The position numbers and the translations under genes were made by a program. Shown piece by piece: positions 36,291-46,348 of a DNA stretch of 61,074 nt. Location: positions 1 to 61,074 of the forward strand of contig JAUCBJ010009011.1 in NCBI GenBank assembly GCA_032718475.1, written 5' to 3'. The first letter of the stretch is position 1. The number at the start of each line of letters is the position of its first letter. The notes under the pieces were generated by a model. It was not told where the DNA came from. It did no database searches and worked only from the letters and a program-made list of their open reading frames with translations. This stretch comes from Nemertoderma westbladi (lineage: Eukaryota > Animalia > Xenacoelomorpha).

Positions 36291-39200
36291 GTAAACCGCA
36301 ACGACCGGCGACGGAAAGTAATAGGGGGATCGCGAGTATCCCCAGCGGCGTGCGACCGAACAGAGAGAGACAGGTTGACGTCGCGAGAGGGCAGACGGAG
36401 CGTCGAGCCCAATCAGAGGAGGGAAGAAGAACAGTGGGGTTTAACCGGGAGGTCGACGAGAGATCTCGCGAGCGGGAATATCCCACTGATAGGAGAAGAA
36501 AGGAAGACAGTAGTAGAAGTATCGCCGCAAACGATAGAAGAGCGAGGACGGACAGCGAGCCGTCGGTAGTCGAGATGGGAACGGAGAGTCAGTGGGGTCG
36601 GACTCCGGGAGATTGCCGTCGCCCCGGAGAGATGCGACCCGGTGAGATGCATTACGCGCCGAGAGAGGGGTACGCGATGTACCGGTACGAAGATGAAAAC
36701 AGTGGAGAGGGGGGTCGAAGAGAAACTTTCCGACGGAATATACCTACCGATCGAGAATACGGTAGCCGTGGGGAAGATTATTCGAGAAGAATAAACTTCG
36801 ATCCCGAGCAACACATGCAGACTGTAGGGCATACTGTAGGTCTTACTGCACATACCGTAGGCCATACTGAGAGAGGCAATGTAGGCGATAGGATAGCGCG
36901 GACAACGGGATTAAACCCGGAAGTCGCGGAATACATACCGGCGGGTAGGCCAGAAGCTGATAGACCTATACCGGTACCAGCACAGCAGTATGACTACAGC
37001 ATGCAGGGACATAACATATACCCAGGGGAGAGGGGAATTATTGCGGATAGGTGTATGGGCCCCAACATATTAACATCAACCCCAGTACCAGACATACCGG
37101 TGGGGGGGGGACAGGGTGACATTCCCCCATCACAATATCAACAATATACCCCGATGGTAGCAAGAACAACGAGACCCTTGGACGAAAACAGGTCGTGTGA
37201 TACAGACATATGGAGGGGGCCGCTACCCCCGATGACATATCCGAGTCAGAGAAGATCAAGAAATAGGACGGACGAACCGCACCAGACAGGGGAAACTATA
37301 CAGCACCCGTCGAATCCATTAGAAGCGCAGGCAATGGGGATGGCCACGTTGATCGATGCGTTGAAAACGAGGATCGAATTACCACCCGTGGAACCGTTCA
37401 AATTCGATGGGAGCAGGCCGGAAGAATACTTACAGTTTCGGCGAATGTATAGTAACGAAATACTAACAAAAAACTTGACGCAGGCGGAGTGCCTAAAGTA
37501 TCTACAAGTGTACACGGGAGGCCCAGCATACGACATCGTGAGGCAATATCAGGGAATAGAGGGCGGCTTCACGACAGCATGGCGGGCACTGGATAGGGAA
37601 TACGGGCACCCGGCCAAGATCATCAGGCAAACGCTGAGAGGCATAACATCGGGTGGCCTACAGGATAATCCCGTTAGCATTAAGATGTTTGCTAACAAAG
37701 TCGAGAAGGCGCTGATCGTGCTGAAGACGCTAGACGCGCCATACGAGCTCAACGCGTCCAATAACATCACCACGATAGCGCAGGCACTACCGAGCTGGCT
37801 GCGCAACAAATGGAGGAAGATCGCTTTCTCCACCCGAGACAAGAAGGGTGCGGAACCAGGTTTAGAAGAAATGTCAAACTTCTTAAATTACGAGGCTGAA
37901 CTAATAACGGACCCAGTCTATAGTGAAGATAGCCTGGGAAAGGGACCAAAGACAGATCACTACAGGCCCAAACCAGAGCACAATACATCAAACGCATTGC
38001 CGAGGCTCAGACAATCATTGCCATACGCAGCGACGCAGGGGACTGCAAGTCCACAGACAAACGAAGATAAGACAACATCAAGGGACGGACAGGGGAACAA
38101 TAACAACATGAATAAACATAACCCCAGTACGTCCAGTAGGCCAAACCCAGTCAATAAGAATAGTAGGGACTTTGGTACGAATATAACTGCGATACGCAAT
38201 GCATTGTATAAAGAGGGCTACGACCCAAAGAGCAAATGCCAGCTACACGCAAATGCGCTTCATAAAACTATGAATTGCAGGTACTGGCAGGCGCTACCGA
38301 GGCAAGACCAGATAGATTACGCGTCGAGCAATAAAATCTGCTCGCGATGTGTGAAGAGTGGACACAAGGCCAGGGAATGCCAAGAGAAGCCGGTCAAGTT
38401 TGGCCAAAGGAGAGGCCAGACGATGGCAACGAGCACAATAGGGGCGAAGAAGAGAGGAACAGTGCTACTTGGAGTAGTACCAGTACGAGTGATCGGGGAA
38501 GGCAATCGATCAGTAACAACACTAATGCTGGTTGATAGTGGAGCTGCCTTCACATTAGTTGAGGAATGGGTAGCCGAAGAAATAGGGTTGAGAACGAGGC
38601 CAAGCAGGATGGCGGTGACAACCATCTCTAGCAAAGACGAGATCCTAGAGATGAGGACAGGACGGTGCGCAATTGCAGCAGTGGCACCAGGATGCGATTA
38701 TGGGGCAACCATAGACCCCATCCAAGTAATAGAGTCAATTAACATCAATGCCAGGCGGCCAACCAACATCGAGGTCGAGCAATACAAATTCCTGGACGAC
38801 ATTGACTTCTCAATCCCAGACGTGGACGTTAGGAAGGTATCCATCATAGTAGGCATGGACTGCCCAACGGCCCACGAGAGAATGCAAACGGTCTTCGGCG
38901 AAGACAAGCAGAGCGACCCGGTGGCCATATTAACGCCATTCGGGTGGACGCTGAGTGGTCCAATTAAGAGCAAGATACCATTCAGGATGTCGGAGACATC
39001 AGGATGCATGTTCGCGGGAACAATGCAGGAAATGGGTGACGAGGGAGCAGAAGAGCAGCTTAAAAGACTGCTCAGACAAGACTTCGAGGGACTGAAAGAG
39101 ACCGGGGTCGGGACCTCGGTAGAAGACAAGCAGGCTCTACAAAGTGTGGAGGAATCGATGACGTGTGATGAGGGGCGGTATACAATAGGAATGGTATGGA

Positions 39201-40660
39201 AACTACCGAAGATACCGCTACCCGATAATAGAGGGATGGTACTCACGAGACTCCGCAAGCTGAAACAAACACTACAACGGAGCCCCGAGAAGAACGAGTA
39301 CATTCACAAAACGATCAAGAAGTACGTCGAGAAGGGATGGGCCGTGGAGTTACCGGTCGACGAACCGAACACGGACAGGACATACTACCTGCCACTCCAC
39401 GTAGCTTTAGACCCAAAGAAAGGTAAACTTAGGATGGTAGTCGATGCATCGGCAAAGACCGACGGAAAGTGCTTAAACGATTACCTACTAGAGGGCCCAA
39501 ACATATACAATTCGGGCATAGAAGTACTACTTAGATTTAGGAATGGGAAACACGCCTTCACGTGTGACATAGAAGGCATGTTCAACCAAGTCCGAGTAAC
39601 AGAGGAAGATAGCGATAGTCAACGCTTCTTATGGTATAACGGCGAAGAAGAATCGCCGGTAATACCAGTGTATAAGATGGTAGTACAAAATATGGGGGCC
39701 AAGTCGTCCTCATTTACGACGACTATGGCAGTGAGAGACACGGTAAAGGGGAAGGAAGATAGATACAGCAGTAGGGCCGTTGATATGATCCGACGCGGCT
39801 TCTACGTAGACGACGGTATGGAGTCTGGAAATACGGTTGAGGAGATACTGGAAACAGGGCGCGAGGTTCGCGACATCCTGAAAGGATCCGGCTTCAACCT
39901 GACCAAATTCCAATCCAGTTCAGAAGAATTTATCAAGGAAATAGAAGACAAGAAACCAGGATCGACCATGGACAACCCTACAACAGCCAAAGGACAGGAC
40001 ATGGCGATTAAGAGAACGGAATCCCAGCAGAAGGCATTGGGAATCGTGTGGGATAGGAAAACAGACGAACTGAAGTATCAGCTGAGCCAGGAGGGCGCAG
40101 ACACCCATACGAAGAGGGGTTATGTATCGTATATAGCAAGGATATACGATCCCCTAGGCCTAGCATCCCCACTACTAGTCACGGGGAAACAGATACTCAA
40201 GAGAGTATATAAATTGAAGGATGAGTGGGATGCAGAGGTACCAGAGGACATCAAGAAACAGTGGAGCAAATGGACAGGAGACTTGGAGAGGATGGGAACA
40301 TACAACATGCCGCGAGTGTATTTCCCGGACGGGAACATGACGAATCTGGACTTACATATGTTCTCCGACGCGTCGTTAGAGGCATACGGAGCGGCACTCT
40401 ATTTAGTACAACGAGAGGGGCCTCACAAGCCCAGACTAGCCTTTAGCAAAGCTAAGTCAACGCCGCCAGATTCAGCATCTGTTCCCAAGTTAGAATTGAC
40501 AGCTGCGAGACTAGGAGTTAGAGCCACAGCCTACCTAGTGGATACAATTCCCAACATAGTGGAGACACACTACTGGACGGACTCCATGGTAGTGCTTGGT
40601 TGGCTACACAACGAAAAGACGAGATACCCGATATTCGTGCGAATAGAGTGGACGAAATAA
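36185..40660 (+). CDS. BEL/Pao Gag core (DUF1759-like, Cys/His knuckles), protease, RT, RNase H
   Basis: FKFDG..EYLQF, ALDREYG; C..H...H...C and CSRCVKSGHKAREC; LVDSGA; YYLPLH, RMVVDAS, DIEGMFNQV, QRFLW, FYVDD; YDPLG, FSDAS, PKLEL, WTDS. Confidence 0.93.
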   Translation: MGGGATSTPQQKVSGERGGAGSVPQPSADNARAEIGKPQRPATESNRGIASIPSGVRPNRERQVDVARGQTERRAQSEEGRRTVGFNREVDERSREREYPTDRRRKEDSSRSIAANDRRARTDSEPSVVEMGTESQWGRTPGDCRRPGEMRPGEMHYAPREGYAMYRYEDENSGEGGRRETFRRNIPTDREYGSRGEDYSRRINFDPEQHMQTVGHTVGLTAHTVGHTERGNVGDRIARTTGLNPEVAEYIPAGRPEADRPIPVPAQQYDYSMQGHNIYPGERGIIADRCMGPNILTSTPVPDIPVGGGQGDIPPSQYQQYTPMVARTTRPLDENRSCDTDIWRGPLPPMTYPSQRRSRNRTDEPHQTGETIQHPSNPLEAQAMGMATLIDALKTRIELPPVEPFKFDGSRPEEYLQFRRMYSNEILTKNLTQAECLKYLQVYTGGPAYDIVRQYQGIEGGFTTAWRALDREYGHPAKIIRQTLRGITSGGLQDNPVSIKMFANKVEKALIVLKTLDAPYELNASNNITTIAQALPSWLRNKWRKIAFSTRDKKGAEPGLEEMSNFLNYEAELITDPVYSEDSLGKGPKTDHYRPKPEHNTSNALPRLRQSLPYAATQGTASPQTNEDKTTSRDGQGNNNNMNKHNPSTSSRPNPVNKNSRDFGTNITAIRNALYKEGYDPKSKCQLHANALHKTMNCRYWQALPRQDQIDYASSNKICSRCVKSGHKARECQEKPVKFGQRRGQTMATSTIGAKKRGTVLLGVVPVRVIGEGNRSVTTLMLVDSGAAFTLVEEWVAEEIGLRTRPSRMAVTTISSKDEILEMRTGRCAIAAVAPGCDYGATIDPIQVIESININARRPTNIEVEQYKFLDDIDFSIPDVDVRKVSIIVGMDCPTAHERMQTVFGEDKQSDPVAILTPFGWTLSGPIKSKIPFRMSETSGCMFAGTMQEMGDEGAEEQLKRLLRQDFEGLKETGVGTSVEDKQALQSVEESMTCDEGRYTIGMVWKLPKIPLPDNRGMVLTRLRKLKQTLQRSPEKNEYIHKTIKKYVEKGWAVELPVDEPNTDRTYYLPLHVALDPKKGKLRMVVDASAKTDGKCLNDYLLEGPNIYNSGIEVLLRFRNGKHAFTCDIEGMFNQVRVTEEDSDSQRFLWYNGEEESPVIPVYKMVVQNMGAKSSSFTTTMAVRDTVKGKEDRYSSRAVDMIRRGFYVDDGMESGNTVEEILETGREVRDILKGSGFNLTKFQSSSEEFIKEIEDKKPGSTMDNPTTAKGQDMAIKRTESQQKALGIVWDRKTDELKYQLSQEGADTHTKRGYVSYIARIYDPLGLASPLLVTGKQILKRVYKLKDEWDAEVPEDIKKQWSKWTGDLERMGTYNMPRVYFPDGNMTNLDLHMFSDASLEAYGAALYLVQREGPHKPRLAFSKAKSTPPDSASVPKLELTAARLGVRATAYLVDTIPNIVETHYWTDSMVVLGWLHNEKTRYPIFVRIEWTK

Positions 40661-42438
40661 GGGCGAGCACAGAACTGGAAAGGTGGCACTACTGCCCAAC
40701 AGATGAGAACCCAGCGGACTTGCTGTCGAGGGGCGTGGAACGCCACACTTTCCTGAAGAAGGAAGTATTGTGGCGACATGGGCCACAATTTCTGAGCGAT
40801 AGAGAGGCCTGGCCGCCGATGAGGAAGGTGGACCCGGGCTCGGAACCAGTATCAGAAGGAGAGGGAGATTCAGAGGGAGAAGAGATATACTCCCAGATGG
40901 TGAGGGAGATTAGGGACGTGCAACCAGGAAGGGAACTGTGCGATAACCCGACGGATAAACTCCTCAGCTACAGTTCTAGTTGGTATAAGACCAAGAAACT
41001 AGTGGCGTACTGGAGAGCCTTTGGGAATTTCCTTGCGGGAGTCGGCAAGGACAAGAAGACCAGGACAACCATAGATCTGGAAGGAGCGGCCAAGGCAGTG
41101 ATCCGCTATGAACAACGCAAGAACTACGGCGACGAGGTGGAACGCGTCGGTAACCAACAGCACCTCCGGCGGGATAGCGAGTTGATCACGCTGTCGCCAC
41201 AACTCAACGAGGATGGGATTCTAGTAATGAATTCTAGGGTGGGATATAACAACAGTATAGTCGTACCACCGAAACCCATCATCATTCCCACAGGATCGCC
41301 TATAGTCCACCAGATCATATGGGACTCCCACAAATCGATACTGCATGGGGGCACCAACCGAACCCTCACAGAGATAAGGAGGACCTATTGGGTCAAACAA
41401 CTAAGGAAGAAGGTTAAAGCGGTAGTGGGGCAGTGCCAGACCTGCCGGCGAGCGAAGAAGGAAAGAGCCGTACAGGAGATGGCGCCACTACCGGCGAGTA
41501 GGGTAAGACAGCACGACCCGCCATTTACGCATTGCGGTGTGGACATGTTCGGGCCGATAAAGATCAAAGTGATGCGACACACGGAGAAACGTTACGGCAT
41601 TATCTTCGTATGCAACAATACGCGGGCGGTGGGGATAGAACTCGCCCAAGATGCAACCGCATCAGCGTTCATTAACGCCCTAGAAAGGTTTAGGGACCGC
41701 AAAGGTGGGACGATCGCAGTGATATACAGCGACAACGGCACCAACTTTGTGGGCGCAGAGAGCGAGATTGCGGAAGCCTTGGACATCTTAGAAGGAGAAG
41801 AAGTCAGGGCGGCCATGAGAAAACGACAAGTAAAGTGGGAGAGAAGGACGCCGTATGCACCACATATACTAGGATGCGTCGAGAGATTGGTGGGCAGTTC
41901 AAAGCGTCTAATGACGAAGTTAATGAACACCCACATGGTCACTGAGGACGTCTTACGGACAGTACTTGCGAAGTGCGAGGGGATAATTAATAGCAGACCG
42001 CTATATCCGGAGAATGATGACCCTGAGTCATTAGACGTGTTGACGCCTAGCCATTTTCTGATGGAAAGGCCAGCGACCATCGATATGCGGGGTGTAGACC
42101 CAGATGACATACACTCCCGCCAAAGTTGGAAAGTCGCTAAAGCAATAAGCGCAGAGTATTGGAGGAGGTGGGTAGAAGAATACCTACCCACACTCCATAA
42201 GCGAAGCAAGTGGAGGAAGCCAAACAGGGAGTTGAGAGAGGGAGATCTCGTAATCGTCACGGATGATACTATCATCAACAACCAATGGCGGTTGGCGAGA
42301 GTTGTAGGCACCTACTCCGACGAGGACGGAAGAGTCCGATCGGTAGAAGTGCGGATAGGTGGAAAGATAGGTGCCAAGGACAGAAAAACCTACAGGAGAG
42401 CAGTAGGTAAATGCTGTCTCTTAGAAGGAGCACCTTAG
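40600..42438 (+). CDS. BEL/Pao integrase with DUF5641-like C-terminus (continues pol after a 1-bp deletion)
   Basis: ENPADLLSRG, H..HGG...CQTC, GVDMFGP, SDNGTNFVG, INSRPL, LTPSHFL, WVEEYLPTL..RSKW; FVANRV is broken at TTCGTGCGAAT (~40637). Confidence 0.93.
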   Translation: MATQRKDEIPDIRANRVDEIRASTELERWHYCPTDENPADLLSRGVERHTFLKKEVLWRHGPQFLSDREAWPPMRKVDPGSEPVSEGEGDSEGEEIYSQMVREIRDVQPGRELCDNPTDKLLSYSSSWYKTKKLVAYWRAFGNFLAGVGKDKKTRTTIDLEGAAKAVIRYEQRKNYGDEVERVGNQQHLRRDSELITLSPQLNEDGILVMNSRVGYNNSIVVPPKPIIIPTGSPIVHQIIWDSHKSILHGGTNRTLTEIRRTYWVKQLRKKVKAVVGQCQTCRRAKKERAVQEMAPLPASRVRQHDPPFTHCGVDMFGPIKIKVMRHTEKRYGIIFVCNNTRAVGIELAQDATASAFINALERFRDRKGGTIAVIYSDNGTNFVGAESEIAEALDILEGEEVRAAMRKRQVKWERRTPYAPHILGCVERLVGSSKRLMTKLMNTHMVTEDVLRTVLAKCEGIINSRPLYPENDDPESLDVLTPSHFLMERPATIDMRGVDPDDIHSRQSWKVAKAISAEYWRRWVEEYLPTLHKRSKWRKPNRELREGDLVIVTDDTIINNQWRLARVVGTYSDEDGRVRSVEVRIGGKIGAKDRKTYRRAVGKCCLLEGAP

Positions 42439-42547
42439 AGCGGAGTTAGAGTGGAGTTTAGTCGTCCAAGTTTTGGACTGAGGGGGGTGGGATTGAGGGC
42501 GAGACGCCCTTCCCACACAAATAAAAATAAAATAAAATAAAAATAAT

Positions 42548-43310
42548 AGTTAGTTAGTTAGTAGGTACGTAGTACCTAGAGTTAGTTAGTTAGTTAGTAG
42601 GTACGTAGTACCTAAAGTTAGTTAGTTAGTAGGTATGTAGTACCTAGAGCTAGAGAGTTAGAGGGTACGTAGTACCAATAGTTAGTTAGAGTTAGAGGGT
42701 ACGTAGTACCGATAGTTAGAGAGTTAGAGGGTACGTAGTACCAATAGTTAGTTAGAGTTAGAGGGTACATAGTACCGATAGTTAGTTAGTTAGTAGGTAC
42801 GTAGTACCTAGAGTTAGTTAGTTAGTTAGAGGGTACGTAGTACCGATAGTTGGAGAGTTAGAGGGTACGTAGTACCGATAGTTAGAGTTAGTAGGTACGT
42901 AATACCTAGTTAGAGTTAGAGTTAGAGGGTAGGTAGTACCGATAGTTAGAGAGTTAGTAGGTACGTAGTACCTAGTTAGAGTTAGAGTTAGAGGGTACGT
43001 AGTACCGATAGTTGGAGAGTTAGAGGGTACGTAGTACCGATAGTTAGAGTTAGTAGGTACGTGGTACCTAGTTAGAGTTAGAGTTAGAGGGTACGTAGTA
43101 CCGATAGTTAGAGAGTTAGTAGGTACGTAGTACCTAGTTAGAGTTAGAGTTAGAGGGTACGTAGTACCGATAGTTAGAGAGTTAGTAGGTACGTAGTACC
43201 TAGTTAGAGTTAGAGTTAGAGGGTACGTAGTACCGATAGTTAGAGAGTTAGTAGGTACGTAGTACCTAGTTAGAGTTAGAGTTAGAGGGTACGTAGTACC
43301 ATTAGTTAGA
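42548..43310 (+). repeat. Array of 23 GGTACGTAGTACC hairpin cores with (GTTA)n/(GTTAGA)n spacers
   Basis: Counted by eye; two variants (TAGGTACGTAGTACCTA, GAGGGTACGTAGTACCGA) forming a 66-bp higher-order repeat distally. Confidence 0.95.
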
Positions 43311-43813
43311 GAGAGAGAGTAAGAGGTAAAAGGGGTAAATAGGATATAGATATTAGTTAGCAGTAAGTAGAGTTACTAGAGAGAGGGGGGCATATGAGTG
43401 CAGCTGGATAAATCGTGTGGCCACACGACGCATACTGCTGTACTGCATAGGCCCACTGAGTAGGCCAGAATATGGATCAGAGAGAGAATAGAATAAATCC
43501 ATAGGCAGTAGTAAGTAGTAGGACAGTAGAATCAAAGCAAAATAAATAAATAAATAGAATAGGGCTAAAAATCGAAAAATAGTGGTAACACAAGGAAAGT
43601 CGTTCTAGAACATAATAAAAGTAACGGACGGAAATTGTAAATTAGGCTGATTTACTAGCTCCGGAATTAATTAGATTAAATTAAGCTTGAAAGGCGCAGT
43701 TAAGTAGAAAAGTAGGCCATTATCGAACTGTACGAAACATCTTAATACATCACTCATCTGCATTGCGCCTTGGTAAGGCACCACCCTAGAGGTGAGCGAG
43801 TGTAGTGTTCGGA

Positions 43814-46348
43814 ATGGCGAGTAAGCTGATCAGGAAGAGAAAGGCGGAGTCAGGAGGAAAAGAAATATTGGTGGATTTCACCGAAAGACACCCGGAGGAG
43901 AAGACGAGAGGATACTACGAGAGGTTGGAAAGGGGTCACGCGGCACGAGCGCTGCAGGATCACTTCCGGGAGGCGCACGAACAGCGGTTGGTCGGGACCT
44001 ACGGGACGCCGTCGCTGGACAACGCGATCTTCCAACACTTCCACTACGTGGTGAAAGGAGACGAGGCGAAGTTCGGGATTCCGAAGTATCCGAGGGAATC
44101 GCCGAGGAAGGACTGGAAAAGATTCATAGAGTCCGTCAACAGAGGAGGATATATGATCCTAGATGACGAGGGAACCGTGGAAGACGAAGCGGGTTCGAGA
44201 CGAGGAACGGCAGGGTCGGCCAGGACCATACTCTTGCATTTGGCAGCGCCAAATGGGGACATCTTCTTATTCGACCTAGGGACGTATGGGAAGAAGGACG
44301 GGCCGAAATTAGACCGATTGCCGAAAGCGGTACAAGTCTTAGTAAGAGAGAAGTCGACGACGAAAGTGGGATCGGCGATTCGCGAGGACGCGGAGAGGAT
44401 CATCGGTCCGGACGCCACCAACCTCCTGGATATGCAGAAAGTCTTTATGGCTATGACGGCACCGGATGGATTGGGGGTGGTCGAAAACACAGGCCAATGC
44501 GGGGCGGTGGCGATGGGCCAATTATTGGGGCTCGTATGCCACAAACCAATGGATTGGGGGAAGTTTAGGGAAGAATACGGAGCAGAACTAGCGAACTCGC
44601 TGAAGTGGGGAGCGAGACCGGGAAAGCAGGAGGTATATCAGTTTCGCAGAGGAGCGATAAAGGTATATCAGAAGCGATATATCCTGCAGGAGGACTGGAT
44701 GATGATAAGTTTACTTAACTTATTCATGACCGTAGTTATCGAAAGGGAACCAGGGGCATTTCTGTTATCGGGATCACCCCTAAGCTACAGGAGAGCCTTT
44801 AAGACGGCCTTTGACGGTCTGGTAGACCACCTGGGGCTGAAGGGCGAGTCGGTGTACTACAACAGCCGACATCTGGTAGACGGGGAGACAGATACACCGT
44901 ATCAGAGATGGGAGCAGCTAGAGGCGGACAGACGAGAAGCAAAGCGACTGGAAGAAGTCGCTAGACGGGAGAGGATAGAAGCAGAGGAGAGGGAAGAGGA
45001 GGCCAGGACACAGAGTTATGGCTTCGAGGAGCAGGCGGGCCTAGACGAACTTCATTGGACTTCGTCGGGGAGTTCGGGGGAGTCTCTAGGGCGAGAATTG
45101 GGATGGACGGTGGGATCGCCGAAACAGTCGACGTCGGGGTTGCACGCGATGCCCATACCAGCGGGCGCCGAGGGCGACCAACCGCCAAGGAAGCTAAGGG
45201 AGTTAGAGGGATGGAGAGCTACGGGCGAGAGCCAAGGCGGGAAGGGACATAGTGGATCCATCGGGATACCGGGATTGGAGACACTACCGGAAGAGGAGGA
45301 CGACGACGACGAATTCGGAGAGATGCCGCCCATCGAGAGGATAGGCCACTCGGACACGGACTGGGTTGGCGGAAGGGTGGTGACGGCCAGTGGGGCGAGG
45401 GCCTTCTGGAACAGATCCGGCAAGCGGACCTGGGTGCACGAGGGGCCGGCGATGGATTTCGCGGGGAGCACCATCAGGTTGGGCGAGCAACCGGGAACGG
45501 CACCACGGATAGTATTCGGGGAGACGATGCCCGAAAGGGGCGGAGAGATAGACGTAAACAGGGAGAGCAACGTAGAGAAGTTCACCTACCAGCGACTCCA
45601 TAGACCGCGGAGATCGCTTGGGACGAAAGACGAGGTGGGACGCGAGACATTGGTACTCGGCTGCGACTACTGTGGGAGACAGACCCATCAGGAAAGCAGC
45701 TGCCTATACCGGTTCCAACGGGGAACCTTCTGTCTCTATTGTAGAGAACCAAGTCACAGGATGGGGGCGTGTCCACGGTTGCATAACCGATGTCCAAAGT
45801 GCCACTTTCGGGGGCACTACGGACGCGAGTGCGACTGGATGAGCGACGAGGAGAAGTTCACGAGGTTCGAGGAGTGGGCCGACGTCGGGGCCATGACGCG
45901 CCAGCGCATGAAGGCCCAAGAGTTCAAGTGGGGTTTCTTCCTCATAAACCAAGAGACCCACATGGAAATCATAAAGCGAAGGTTACCGTTTACCTATCAA
46001 GAGGTAGCTACGGCGGCATCGTTCGCCGGAGTTATGAACACGCAACGGTACCTGGACAGGTGGACACCAGAGAACCGGAGGGAGTTTAGGGATTTCTTGG
46101 CGGAACACGTACCAAAGGCAATGAAAATGATCCTATGGGACGCCACACGAGGGAGACAACCAGGCCATTCTGAGGGGCCACCGGCGAAGCGGTATCGGGC
46201 TTTAATAACACCAGCGCCCAAGGAGCCGACGACCGGGATCAGCAAGGAAGTGGCAGCGAAGGTCCGGAAACAGAAAGCGGATGATGCCAGAGGAGCGGTG
46301 ATAACCAAGAAACGGGCCAGGGAAGAGGACGTGAGGAGGAACAGATAA
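43814..46348 (+). CDS. Extra ORF: DEDDy-like 3'-5' exonuclease (RNase D/WRN/EXD-like) plus three CCHC zinc knuckles
   Basis: ExoI ILDDEG; LLHLAAPNGDIFLFDL; LP..V..LVREKSTTKVG..IRED (ExoII); NLLDMQ; QKRYILQED (ExoIII-like); three CX2CX4HX4C. First ATG at 43814; the track's 43805 start is GTG. Confidence 0.8.
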   Translation: MASKLIRKRKAESGGKEILVDFTERHPEEKTRGYYERLERGHAARALQDHFREAHEQRLVGTYGTPSLDNAIFQHFHYVVKGDEAKFGIPKYPRESPRKDWKRFIESVNRGGYMILDDEGTVEDEAGSRRGTAGSARTILLHLAAPNGDIFLFDLGTYGKKDGPKLDRLPKAVQVLVREKSTTKVGSAIREDAERIIGPDATNLLDMQKVFMAMTAPDGLGVVENTGQCGAVAMGQLLGLVCHKPMDWGKFREEYGAELANSLKWGARPGKQEVYQFRRGAIKVYQKRYILQEDWMMISLLNLFMTVVIEREPGAFLLSGSPLSYRRAFKTAFDGLVDHLGLKGESVYYNSRHLVDGETDTPYQRWEQLEADRREAKRLEEVARRERIEAEEREEEARTQSYGFEEQAGLDELHWTSSGSSGESLGRELGWTVGSPKQSTSGLHAMPIPAGAEGDQPPRKLRELEGWRATGESQGGKGHSGSIGIPGLETLPEEEDDDDEFGEMPPIERIGHSDTDWVGGRVVTASGARAFWNRSGKRTWVHEGPAMDFAGSTIRLGEQPGTAPRIVFGETMPERGGEIDVNRESNVEKFTYQRLHRPRRSLGTKDEVGRETLVLGCDYCGRQTHQESSCLYRFQRGTFCLYCREPSHRMGACPRLHNRCPKCHFRGHYGRECDWMSDEEKFTRFEEWADVGAMTRQRMKAQEFKWGFFLINQETHMEIIKRRLPFTYQEVATAASFAGVMNTQRYLDRWTPENRREFRDFLAEHVPKAMKMILWDATRGRQPGHSEGPPAKRYRALITPAPKEPTTGISKEVAAKVRKQKADDARGAVITKKRAREEDVRRNR

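Noticed and set aside
42548-43310. CRISPR-like array (palindromic repeat plus spacers)
   Set aside because: Spacers are low-complexity and repeated, not unique; eukaryotic context; no cas genes.
43814-46348. env gene
   Set aside because: Position fits, but no signal peptide, C-terminal TM anchor or fusion-protein pattern is evident; motifs indicate a nuclease with knuckles.
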